Below, in pieces: positions 47,158 through 59,836 of a stretch of DNA of 64,000 nucleotides (its first letter is position 1; each line of letters begins with the position of its first letter). Source of the DNA: Octopus vulgaris. Lineage: Eukaryota. The stretch spans positions 47,926,001 to 47,990,000 of the forward strand of contig OX597824.1 of the NCBI GenBank assembly GCA_951406725.2, given 5' to 3'. Under the pieces are notes generated by a model that saw only the letters and a list, made by a program, of their open reading frames with translations, was not told where the DNA came from and did not search any database. Both the position numbers and the translations under genes were made by a program.

Positions 47158-48728
47158 CAGTTGCGGCCAAAATGTTCAGAACGGCATTGTTTTCGCCAGA
47201 AAAGTAGGTATAAGTTTTTATCAAAGTTGTTTTATATTCTATAATTGTCACAGACAATAAATACAATATTAATTGTTATTGTCTGAGATTTTGGTGTAAT
47301 TTGAGAGGATAATACAAAAGTTATGGATGATTTAGGGATTTGCTGCAAAACCCATGGCGGCCAAAATGATCAGAACGGTTGAAAAAATAACAAAATAATC
47401 AAAAATAACAGAGAATACTGGAATTATTTAATATTTAGTGTGAAGCCCTTTAGCTTCAATTACACTTTGACATCTTCGACTGCATGAGGAAATAAAATTT
47501 TCAATTTCTTGCTAGGTGATCTTATTCCATTCTTCCTGAAGGGCATTCCATAATTGCTCGGTTGTTTTAGGATTTCTGGCTTTCGAACGGTCTCCTAGAA
47601 TATTCCACACATTTTCAATAGGATTGAGATCTGGGCTTTGAGCAAGCCAATCCATAATACTAACCTTTTCAGCCTTGAGGAAGTTCATGACCACCTTAGC
47701 CTTGTGACATGGGACCGCTTAGTTGAATTTCTCAGCACAGGCAAGACATGATCTTTTACAAGTTGTTTATAAACTCCTGCATTTACGTTTCCATGTAATC
47801 GTACCAAAGGGCCCGCACCATCTCCAGATATCATCCCCCAAACCATGACACTTCCTCTACCAAATTTAACACTAGTCTTAAGGCATTTAGGCGACAATTT
47901 TTCACCTACTTTTCAACGAACGTACCTTTTCCCATCTGAGCCAAATAACATAAACTTAGATTCATCACTGAAATGCGCTGTTTGCCATTTTTCTTGAGAC
48001 CACAACACATGTTCGGTTGCAAAGGTAAGACGACACTTTTTATTTTTGGAGCTGATCAGTGGCTTCACTGCTGGTGATCTTGCTTGTAGGTTATGTTCAA
48101 CTAAACGATGAGACAAGTTTTTCGAGATAACGTTTTCTTCGGTACAATGCTCATTTCCCGAGAAACAGCAGCAGCAGTTTTAAATCTGTCCTTTTTAACC
48201 AACTTTACCATAGCACAATCTTCTCTCTTGGCCTATCTGTAGACTTTCTTGCTTCACACGAACCACAATCATCGAAGACCTTAAGAATACCGTGAACAAC
48301 ACTTTTTGACTTGTTAACAATCTTTGCAATAGACCCAATAATTAAATTATCCTTCTTTCGAAGCTTAATAATCTGCTGACGAATTGATAACGGAGTAAGT
48401 GGCATTATATTAACAAATATATTCTTACTAATGTTTAGTAAACAAACTGTCACGTAAACAAATTCAAAACATTAGAGTTCGCCGGTTAAATATACTAAAA
48501 CATGGAGTAAAAGCAACCGTTCTGATCCTTTTGGCCGCCATGGGTTTTGCAGTAAATCACTAAATCATCCATAACTTTTGTATTATCCCCTCAAATTACA
48601 CCAAAATCTCAGACAATAACAATTAATATTGTCTGTGAAAATTATAGAATATAAAACAACTTTGATAAAAACTTATACCTACTTTTCTGGCGAAAACAAT
48701 GCCGTTCTGAACATTTTGGCTGCAACTG
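47158..48728 (-). mobile_element. Tc1-family transposon with long IR/DR-type TIRs, transposase disrupted
   Basis: TA-flanked cagttgc...caactg; TIRs of about 220 bp each holding two ggccaaaa..(t/a)tcagaacgg repeats; FSDESKF, VMVWG, WLAQSPDLNPIENVW; the second catalytic D region is deleted. Confidence 0.93.
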
Positions 48729-48750
48729 TATATTGGGTCATCCCATAAAT

Positions 48751-49215
48751 CATCATCATCATCATCATCATTTAGCATCCGCTTTCCATGCTAGCATGGG
48801 TTGGACGGTTCAACTGGGGTCTGTGAAGCCAGAAGGCTGCATCAGGCCCAATCTAATCTGGCAGTGTTTCTACAGCTGGATGCCCTTCCTAACGCCAACC
48901 ACTCCGTGAGTGTAGTGGGTGCTTTTTACGTGCCACCCGCACAGGTGCCAGATGGAGCTGGCAAATGGCCACGGATGGATGGTGCTTTTTATGTGCCACC
49001 GGCACGGGGCCAGGCGAGGCTGGCAATGGCCACGAACAGATGGTGCTTTTTTACGAGGCCAGTCGGGGCAGCGCTGGCAATGGCCACAAACGGATGGTGG
49101 TGCCAGACGAGTCTGGCAAACGGTCACGAATGGATGGTGCTTTTTTATGTGCCACCGGCATGGGGGCCAGGCGAGGCTGGCAATGGCCACGAATGGATGG
49201 TGCTTTTTACGTGCC
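48751..49215 (-). mobile_element. RTE 3'-UTR-only insertion inside the mariner TIR
   Basis: (CAT)n tail and near identity to 818-1150; mariner sequence resumes at 49216. Confidence 0.9.
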
Positions 49216-49287
49216 AATGTGGTATTTTTATACTTCTGTTATTTTTCAGATTTATGATAAACAAAGTTCTTTTTTAACCTAAAATAT

Positions 49288-50382
49288 TGTTACGAGGGAA
49301 CCTCCGATTCGAACTGTTACGGAATCCCTCACACCCAGGCCCATTCGATGCAGCGAATGTTTTCGCCACGGAAACCAGAGAGGAGAGAGACGACACAACA
49401 ACAGCAGCAGCAGCAGCACAGAGGCAACCGAGAGAGACACAAAGAGGCAAGGCAACTGGCTTACATTTAACAACTAGTTTATATGACAATCAATTGTTAC
49501 AACATCAATTACATTTAAAGATACATCAGGTAAATACAAGCAAGTAACAGAATCAACACATCATACAGGTATACCACAGATCAAAGCATTTAAACATGCA
49601 GATACAATATAACCGTCCGGTAACAACACATCAAGTTCAATACATCAGCATTTCAAGAGTACGCGTCCGAAGACACAGTTCTATTTCAAAACACATTAAA
49701 GGCATATACAGTTCAAAGGACATTAAAGGCCTAACAGTTCAATGTTCATTATACAATGTTCAAATCACAACACTGTACACAATGTCCTTACACATTTCAC
49801 ATTGTTCTTTTCACTGTCTCATTTCTTTTCACTGTTCAATACATCGATTCCTTGTCCTTCTTTTTCTTCACATATCAATACACAATTCACGTACCTTACA
49901 TTAGCCAACGCCTCATATTGTACCTCATCTCTCTCAGTACTGCTAGCTCCAACTTGCCAAACTCTTGAATCCCAACCACTTGCCTTGACGACCGAATACC
50001 GACTGCCCAAAATCTCTTGCTCCTAAGTCCAACCGCTTGCTTTGACGACCAAAATCCGACTGTTCAAACGTCTTGCTCTCTCACCACCCCTCAATCTGTC
50101 TTAGCACTTCTAATATTCTCTCTATCTGCTCTCAGATCCCTTACTCTGTCTTTCTCACTACTTTCTTCTTCCTCTTCTTCACTGTCACTAGATTCTTCCT
50201 TACTCTATCTTCCTCGGCCCTCACATCTCTCTCACCCCTAATCGACTGGCACAAGGCCAAAGGTCCCTCCAAAAGCCATTAGTCTTCCAGTAAACAAAGG
50301 GCTGTAACTTTTTATTCCAGGCTTTCCGTCTCCACTCTCAACAAAGTAGGTCAAGAAATACTGTACCAGCCGAACCACAACA
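49288..50382. mobile_element. Solo LTR (probably Gypsy), 1095 bp
   Basis: TGTT...AACA termini, 4-bp TSD ATAT (49284-49287, 50383-50386); mariner sequence is contiguous across it. Confidence 0.85.
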
Positions 50383-51855
50383 ATATACTCTCCTTCATTT
50401 TCTACAATGCTTTTCCATCTATCAGGTAGACTTGCAAGGTCCCCTCTTCCAAAATTCACTTGTCCGTGACGAAAACTACTCCTCCAGTACTGATCTGGCC
50501 TTGTCTGCAGAATTCATATTTTTTCCATCCAAATGATTTTGAAGACTGCAGAATAAATGATAATTAGATAGAGCAATGTCTGGTGAATATAGTGGATGGG
50601 GCATTGTTTCCCTTTCAGACTGCCCCAGCCTTTGGAATGTCATCCTTGCTGTATGTGGCCGAGCATTATCCTGATGAAAGTGCACCTTTCATCTTGAAAT
50701 GAAAGATGGTTGATTTTCTTCTAGTGCTCGCTTAAGCTGCTCACAGTAGATCTTTGTTATCGTTTGGTTTGGGTTTAAAAGTTCAAAGTGGACTAAACCT
50801 TTCATATCCCACAAAACAGATAACAACACTTTACGTGGGTGAAGACCTTCATTAGCCTGGGGTGCCAGTGTTTCTCCTTTCCTTACCCACTGTCTTCGGC
50901 GCTTGACAGTTTTATAGAGAACCCATTTCTCATCACTGTTTGGTCAAGAAAAGGTTCATTTGTGAGACGTGATAACAAAGAAGAGCACACATTCATTCTC
51001 TGTGTCTGATTAAACTCAGAAAGTTTGTGAGGAACCCGTTGACCCAATTTGCTGACTTCTCTGATGGCATGCAGGTGTCAATGAATGGTTGAATGACCAA
51101 ATCCAAGTTTCTCTGCTAGTTCCTCAACAGTTACAATGGGATTTTGTTCCACAAGGGTTTGCAAGACGTCCTCATTGAGCTGTACAGATCTTCTAGGATG
51201 AGGCTCATCTTCTAGGTTGTAGTTTCTGGTTCAGAATTCTGGCATCACCATTGTTACTGGCTTACACTTATTGTCAGATCCCCATATACTGCATTAATTC
51301 CTTGCACTTTCCATTGCATTGTTGCCTTTATTGAACTCATAGAACAAAATATGCTGCATATAATCCTTTGTCACTTCCATTATAGTTTTGAAAAAATAAC
51401 TGTTAAAATCGAACTGCACTCTTCAAAACTTGCACTAAGAATAAATACAAGGTAAAATTACTACCTGCTTTTATAGCAAGTTGATGCAGGTAGTTTATCC
51501 TATCCCCCTCTGACTTTTAGTTCATGCAACTGAAAAAACCCCCCACATTATTTATGGGATGACCCTATATATATATATGTATATATATAACCAAATATTT
51601 CTCTGCACCCGTAAACACTATTTTTTCAGATCTGCTACTATCTACTGAGCCTTCACAAAGGAAAAGAGGGAGAAAGAGAGAGAGAGACGAAAAGGGAAAA
51701 TTTTTTCTTCAATTTAATTGTTTTTCTTCTTAATTAATATCCACCTTTGTTTTACTCTTAGTTGAAAAAGTTGAAAAGGCTGAAACCGGTACTAACCATT
51801 ACAAATGTATTTCATGATAAAATTATTTTAGCATTTTCTGCCTTGTCTTATTTTC

Positions 51856-51897
<42 letters not shown>

Positions 51898-52698
51898 GAG
51901 GTGATGAACAGGTATTATATATTAGAAGAAATAAGGTACTCAGAAATCTGGATGGTTTTATATTTACAAATCTTTATTAATATGTCAGATGTTTTTATAA
52001 ATCATATATCAGTGCTTGCATCTACTCTAGTAGACTCTTCAGATTTGAATGTGTTTGAGATGATTCCTCTCTTATTATAGTATTATTGAGTGTGGGGGTA
52101 GGGAGAGATATAAGATAGTAAAAGAGGGTGAGGAATGGGGAGAAAGTGAGAGAGAGTGTGTGTGTCTGTGTATCTGAAAGGAGTGTCAATGGAAAAGTGA
52201 AGGGAAGAGAGAATGAAGAAAAAAATGTGTTTACATCTTTACAGCTGGTCAGTTCTTTCAATAGAAAGTGATGAGTTGATTCTTGGCCTTTAAAAATGGC
52301 AAAACCAGGTGGCTACTCTAAGGGGTGGGGTCTACTGATAGAAGAAAAAATTGTGTTTACATCTATACAGCTGTTCAGTTATTTCAATAGAAGATGACAA
52401 GTTGGTTAATAAAAGTTATTTTTCAAAATATTGTATGGATTTATTATCATCATCATCATCCTTGTCCAATGTTTGGTTCTTCGTGCTGGTATGGGTTGGA
52501 AAATCTGGATGTAAGATTGTTTCTATTTATGTATATGTACAGTACTGTGTGTGTGTTTAATACAAAATTACAGTTTATTTTACAAAATTGGTCCTTCATC
52601 TAGTACAAATCATTACAGAAGTAGTGATATTTCACCAGTCACAGCTATATATATATATATATATATACACACACAAATATATATATATATATACACAC

Positions 52699-52740
<42 letters not shown>

Positions 52741-52799
52741 CAAGAGGAATGAAGATAAGGAACAATTCTTTACAAAAATGAAGATATTAGGATGGGTAA

Positions 52800-54048
52800 T
52801 AATGTACAAGGGAAAGTGTCTTGTGGAGTTTGATGAAACATATGCATACAATTTCTTGTACATTGTGAGGACATTATTATACAGACAAAGCTAATAGTTC
52901 TAGATAGGTCTATAGGCAAGTTGCTGTGCTTTTCATATTTTCAGCCATTCAGTTTGGGGGAGAACTTTGTTATGAAGTATTGTTCCATATTTTTCCTGGG
53001 CATTTATAGAAGGGAAAGCTCTTAAATTTTCCTTCTCCACATATTTCTAAGTGTTTACTCAGTGGAATCTTTTGCAGTTCCTCCTGTCGGACATGTCGGT
53101 GAATTCTGGCTCATTGGCATAAAGAATATCCAGTTTCGCCTATATAATCCCCCTTGCATGTGGGACAGGTTATGCAATATATATGTTCTGTGTCTTGCAT
53201 TCGTGTCTGCATTTACTTTGAATGTGTGACCACTCTTAAATTTTGTTTGTTTGTTTCCCTCTATATATTTGTCGATGGGGTTACTGCAGATCCCACATCT
53301 ACCATCTCCCCACTCTTATACAAAGAATTCGGTTTTATTCTCTGATGAGAATTTTGCCCTTGTTAGTTATTTCTTCAGGTTTTTCTCTTGGTGTTTACTG
53401 TTATTTATGCAATATTTGTTTAATATGTTTCCCATTTTGGGGCTTTGTAGGACTATTGGTAAGTTTGAATGTATAATTTGAAACATGTTGCTAACTCCAG
53501 GGTTGTGTGTTTATGAAAGGGATGATGTTTTCTTTGTTTTTCTTTTTTTGAGTTCTGAGTTGTGTGATGTCCAGTTTCATTGCTCTTGAGATTCCGTTTT
53601 TTATTAATTTGAGAGGGGATTTCTGTTCTAGTAGGAAGTTTTTTAGTTCATTTAGTTTTATTTGGTGTGTTTGTGAGTCAGTCACTATGCGTCTTGCCAT
53701 ACTATATGGGATGTTTCTTTTTTATGTGGGATGGGTGGCAGGAGTAAAAATTTAAGTATTGGTGTGTGTCGGTTTTTCCTTGAGAATAAACTATATGATG
53801 AAATAGGGAAAGTCTTCGAACACGACTTTAGAGTAGACATTAAGAAAAAGTGGAAACGCTACCGCGATGACTGTTTCAACTTTTGGAACAGATCAGAAGA
53901 TCTATGAACATTCCATAACATCCCCAACACACTGCACCCATCTATCAACTTCACAATAGATACCAACTACAATGAACTTCCCTTCCTAGACATCAACTTC
54001 AAGATACACAACTCCATCATCACAACAGACATCTACAACAAAAAAACG
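52800..54048 (-). mobile_element. Penelope-like element fragment (RT thumb plus GIY-YIG) with inverted 5' segment
   Basis: Minus strand: KTDTHQYLNF, NIPYSMARRI, HIYCITCPTCKGDYIGETG; plus strand 53790-54048: WKRYRDDCF, HPSINFT, LPFLDI, TDIYNKKT. Confidence 0.85.
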
Positions 54049-54648
54049 GTATGTGTGTATATTAGATGTGTGCGTGCGTGCATGGAGAAAAATGTTGAAT
54101 CAGAAATAGATTTATTACAAAACTAGATTTAATGCATATGTACGTTTCGAAAAACAATGCAAATGTGTAAGAAAAAAGTTCTAATCATAGTATTTTTTTC
54201 GTCTTTCTCACTATTATTATTGTTATCATTATTTTTCCCTTTCACAACTTGGTTTGTAAATTATCCGATTTTCCCTTACTGCCCCATATGTGTTCTCTTA
54301 TTGTATCTTATTTTGTTTTTATTTTTGTTTTATTTTATTCTATTTCATCTTATTATACTTTCTTGATGTTCTTCAAAAGATTCTTCACACTGATGAGAAT
54401 GACAATGCATAAATTTAATTATAATTACTATGATTAAAACACACACACACACATATATATATAGGCATGCTATGTGGTAAGAATTTTGCTTGCCAGTATG
54501 GATTAAAATAGTTTGATTCCAACTCTTTGAGTTTCAAGTGTGATGCTAAGCTTTTAAACTCCCATGGCTGAAATTTAGCATCAAGCCGGAAACTCTGAGT
54601 ACCAAGGAGCTTTTGTCAAACTGTTTTGATCCCTATATATATATATAT

Positions 54649-56152
54649 GCAAGGTTGGCTAAAAGCTGTCTGACAGTAAATGAAATTCCAAGATTTATTT
54701 ATGTTTAACAACTGAATGAATTTAATAAAATCATCTAAACATGAAACATCATGAAAATTGTTCAAACTGAAGTCCGTCTTGAGTGACACATTTTTCCATT
54801 TATCAGGTCATCCCATAAGTTCTGCCCAATTTTACCTTTTTTAAAATTGAATGAAATTTAATAGTATTTTAGAATGTCTAATTGAATTAAAAATTATACT
54901 TATGCATTTGCGTACATTTAAACTAATTAAATATTATTTTACAGAATGATAGAATTAAAATTTCTTTGATTAAAACCCTTTCTAACATGGAAGTATCCAA
55001 AGAGCATTTGAGGCACATAATGCTTTATGAGAACAAAAAAGGAAACTCTGCAGTTGAAGTGACTCAAAACATACTCTCAGTTTATGGGAAAGAATGCTTG
55101 AATGAAAGAACTTGCAGAAGATGGTTTGCAAAATTCAAAAGTGGAGATTTCAGCCTTGACGATGAAGATTGAACAGGATGTCCAGTTGAGTTTGATGATA
55201 AGCTCCTTGAGGCATTACTTGAAGAAAAATCTGCATTATCAGTTGAAGAATTGGTAATAAAGCTTAGTTCAAACCATACAACTGTTCATTGTCATCTTCA
55301 ACAACTTGCAAAGTTTCCTAACCTTGGAAAATGGGTGCCTCATGAATTGTCCGAAAGCAACCGCAAATCCTGAGTTGACATCTGCTCTTCACTCCATTCC
55401 TGTGAACTCATTTCATCCATTCTGGATAGACTTGTGACTGGTGAGGAAAAATGGATCTTCTATCAAAATGTTAAACATCATAAACAGTGGCTTGGTAAAA
55501 AGGAAAAAGCTCAACCACAACCAAGAAGGGAACTTCATGGGAAAAAGTTTCTTTTATCTGGTGGAATTGCAAAGGAGTAATTCACTTTGAATTGTTACCA
55601 CCTAATGCAACAATCAATGCTCAAGTCTACTGTCAGCAATTAGAGCATTTGAACCAAGCTTTGAAGAAAAAAAAACTTGCTTTAGTTAATCGAAAAGGAA
55701 TGATGTTTCATCAGGACAATGCGCGACCCCACACTGCAAAGATTGCATCACAGAAGATCGAAGAGCTTGGTTGGGAAAAAATTCCTCATCCACCTTATTC
55801 TCCCAACCTTGCTCCTTCAGACTACCATTTGTTTCATACTTTACAGAGTCATTTGGGGGACATAGCTTCCACAAGCCAGGAGGAGGTCGAAACTGACATT
55901 TCAGAGTTCTTCGCTTTGAAACCAAAAGAGTTTTACATTGATGGGATTAAAAAGCTTGTAAATAGATGGAAGGAAGTCATAGTTAATCAGGGAAAGTACA
56001 TTGATGATTAAATTTCAATTAAATATAACATTTGATCACTTGTTTTCTTTATTCAAAATTCGGACAGAACTTATGGGATGACGTGATAATACAAAATTAC
56101 AGATAGTATTTATGGAATTTTGATTTACTGTCAGGTGACTTTTGGCAAACCG
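54649..56152. mobile_element. Short Tc1/mariner-type MITE (about 220 bp) split by a mariner insertion
   Basis: Inverted ends ggttggctaaaag..ctgacagtaaatgaaattcca / tggaattttgatttactgtcag..cttttggcaaacc. Confidence 0.65.
54803..56086 (+). mobile_element. Full-length mariner (family E), transposase pseudogene 54987-56011
   Basis: TA-flanked TIRs tcaggtcatcccataagttctg / cagaacttatgggatgacgtga; WVPHEL, FHQDNARPH, YSPNLAPSDYHLF; TGA stops and a frameshift. Confidence 0.92.
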
Positions 56153-58599
56153 TATATATACATATCTGTGTGTCTTTGTTTTTTCTTTGGCTCCACCGCT
56201 GCTTGACAACTGATGTTGGTGTGTTTATGTCCTCATAACTTAGCAGTTTGTCAAAAGAGTATGATAGAATGAGGCTCTTTGAAAAAAAAATGTACTGGAG
56301 TTGATTCGTTTGACTAAAAGTTCTTCAAGGCGGGGTCCCAACATAGCCACAATCTAATGACTGAAACAAATAAACGTCAAAAGATGTATGTATATATTTC
56401 TGTATTGGAAGAATTGAGTAAATTGTTAGGCTTCAGTCTCACTTATGCTTGATTCAATTACTAGAGATTATATTAACCAGTTTGAAGTTGTCGGTAGCAT
56501 TAACTGTTTATTGATTTATGGTTGACAATATGTATATTTATTGCAAAGAAGGATTGGTTGAATGTTAGGTCAAAATTAGCTATCATTACTGTTAATTTGT
56601 ATACTGTGTAGGTGTGTATTGAAACATCACTAGAAAGGATCATCATTAATTAATTGCCTACATAGCTTTCCCAGATATACAGTGTGAATGAATGAATGTG
56701 GATTAGTATATTCGATGTAAGCAAGAACATGTGTTGGATGTGGTGTCAGAGTCTGCATGTTCTATTGTATTATACCTATGATTGGCACAAGATAATCAGC
56801 CAGGACATGTTCAGTTCATTTCCTATCACCAATACTTCATTGGTTTCATAGCAAAGACTTTGCTGTGATGTAAATTAGCAAAGCAAATTAGAAGTAGAAA
56901 CAACATATCAGGTAGCTAGAAGCAACACTAAAAACAATAAGTATTTTGTTAATTTTCAGCACAAAATTTAAGCCTAAGTGTAAAACCTGGAGAAGGATGG
57001 ATTCTACTAACCTTAGTCCTGGTTACTCAATAAGAACTAAGTGTTCAGCTGTACTGTTATGACCTAATACGTTATGGAAGTCACTTTTATATTTCTTATA
57101 AGTTTTGGTCATCAGTGATCTTTTGTTTTATTTCACTACCTCAGGCTCAAACTATATTAACTTGAGAAATTTTACAGTTAATTTCAGTATCAATATTTTA
57201 ATACATTAAATAATGCTCAATCACTTTCACTCATCTGCAGGATGGAATAAGTAGTTCTTTTGTTTGTTTTTAAATTCATGTTTTTTTGACATGGTGCCAT
57301 CAATTTGAGAGAAGCCTTCAAAGTTTTGGTATAAACAGTCATCTAGAATGTCTACCACATAACCATCTGTACCTTGTGATAATAAGACTGATATTCTGTT
57401 GAGTAATTTTCTAGTTTAAACTGATGCTATTAATTTTGAAAGTAGAGATAGTGAGAAGCATTATCTTTTGACATGTTTCTTTAGTTGACATTCCAGAACT
57501 CTTAACCAGACATCAGTAGATGGAAAAATCTTCAAAGATCATTCATTTCAATAAACTAATCTATAAATGTTTTTACATGTAATATAATCAATAATATTAT
57601 CATCTCTGAATACTTTTCTGTGAAATCTTGGCTTCAGTCAAAGTGGTTGCCTCCCTTGTAAACCATGACGAGTCATGTCACAAGTCATCTAAAATGAACA
57701 TATTATTTTAACAAGACACTTTTGATATTATTGTTCAGAAAAATATGTCTGATTCAAGAAAACATCAACTAGTTAGGTTACTTGTGCAGTAGCTTCTGAA
57801 TTACCAATTAGAATTCAGAGGGTAGATTATTTACATAAGTGTAAGACCTCACATTAACACCATTATTTGACTGGACGAAATATGAATGGCTTTGATGACC
57901 ATGAAATGATTTGAACTCAGAATGGAGAGACAGGAATTTAAATATAAAAGGCATTTAATATGGTGTGTTACCGTTTGTGCCGCTCCACTGCCTCAGTGAA
58001 ACATATTAATGTGAAAGATGAGATAATGTAAAGAATACAGTTCAACTCAGTAATCTACTCCACTGGTACAAACTTTACAATATTATAGTAGAATGATACC
58101 TAATCTGGACAACCAACGAAGCAAAATATATGCAATGTTAATTGCTGCAATATACCTAAATCCTATACCAGGTTACATGGTTACAAGTGATAAATTTCAA
58201 GGAATTTATACCAAAACACAGCACTTTTCTTGTTCATCTTTACTGTTTTCAATAAATCTTCAATAATAAGCTCAAATAAGTGTTTAAAAACACAGCATAC
58301 CCAAATTACCCACTGCTTCATTATGTTGTATCAATAGAGAGAGGTTATCAAACCAGACCTGGCCAGGTCACATTACAATATACTCAAACATAGCACACCA
58401 AAAGTGCTGAACTCATAGGTTGCACTCTGTGCTATGGTGCTGCACAACAATATTAAGATGGCTGACATAGAGATTGTAAGAATTATAAGTAAAAAAAGGT
58501 GATTCAAACATACCAAAATGCTTTAGGCTATAAATAAATTGAAATATGTTCAACTTATAAATCTTAACTTTTTTTTCAGGTACAACAATTCAAGTTAAG

Positions 58600-59212
58600 T
58601 ATTTTTTAATTAATCACATGTAAACCAATACACCTATCTTGAACAAATTATATGCTTAAAGGCTAAAAATCAGACCAAAGAAATTGAATGAGGAATGCCA
58701 TTAGGATGGGCAGCCTTTGGTAAATTGAATTACATCATGAAGTGTAAGTTGTCCATGTGTTTAAAAAGAAAAGTCTTCAACCAGTGTGTACTGCCTACCA
58801 TTACATATGCATCAGAAACATGGACTACTAACAAGAGCTTTAAAAATAAAGTAAGAGCAACACAAAGAGTTATGGAAAGGAGAATGCTAAAGATTAGCAA
58901 AATGGATGTGGAGAAACAACAGGATAAGAGTGGCAACAGGTTTAATGGATATTATCTAGAAAATAAAAACTCTGAAATGGTCTATCACAGGACATATGTT
59001 CAGAAGAAAGGACAATTGATGGAATACCAAACTGACAGAGTGGATACCACATCCAGAGAAAAGGAGGGGAAGACCATGCAGAAGTTGGAATGAAAACTTT
59101 GTTAAATTCTTTAGCACCCAAACATGGATGAGGAAAACATCAGACTGGTTGGTGGAGAGAACATATTGAGGCATTCGTCCAGCAAGGACTGGACATGTGC
59201 AAGGATGATGAA
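58600..59212 (+). mobile_element. 3' fragment of a second RTE family
   Basis: GWAAFGKL..LKRKVFNQCVLPTITYASETW (ORF 58695..59093); ends ggatgatga. Confidence 0.82.
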
Positions 59213-59700
59213 AAACTAATTATATGCTGCTTAATTCTGGATGTGCAAATATTCAGCAGATGTACATCTTATATGGATTGGCTTGCTACTGCACCACAAA
59301 GCACAATCTTTTTCAGAAAGATCTGTTATTAATTAACCACATAAAGATAGAAATGAGGCATTGTAAAGAGCAATTGGTTTTTGTGAAATACCTACAGTGG
59401 AGTAGAAAGTTGATATTCAAGCACCAATAGTACCACTTGACAGAATCAGATACTTTTGTAACATATACTTAAGAAATGATTGCCAATAGTATATACCATA
59501 CCTTACCCATTTGGCTATCTTATATGTCACTCCTAATAAGGAAAAACAGGATGTCTCTTAAGTAAATTTATATAATATTAAACTGTAACTACACACGAGT
59601 CAGACTGTAAAATATGTGGTATTTATAATTATTTGTGTCAAGGATGTGACAATGAATTAGAATGTCAGCAAATAGAATGTGATTCCATAGTTTAACTTAC

Positions 59701-59836
59701 TCTGTTTTTGTGCATCCTAAAAGAAAAGATACGATAGATTTCTTCATACTCAACTTCGAGAATCTTACAAAATTCAATACTTTTCTTCAGAACCCTGTCT
59801 GTAACCAATGAATTTTCTTGAGATTAATTCAGAATC
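59701..59836 (-). other. Candidate terminal/UTR exon of a second gene
   Basis: atttctttcag acceptor and GTAAGT donor; early stop in every phase (phase 1 gives GF*). Confidence 0.35.

Larger units (their letters stand above)
48733..51567 (-). mobile_element. Mariner family A copy carrying two nested insertions
   Basis: Same TIRs and body as 10963-12417; FHQDNARPH, YSPDIALSNYHLF. Confidence 0.9.

Noticed and set aside
54966-56011. SETMAR-like host gene
   Set aside because: Mariner transposase only, with TIRs, stops and no SET domain.
57228-57412. Open minus-strand frame of about 60 codons (KLLNRISVLLSQG...HPADE*)
   Set aside because: Poor acceptor and no recognisable homology; compatible with chance in UTR-like DNA.
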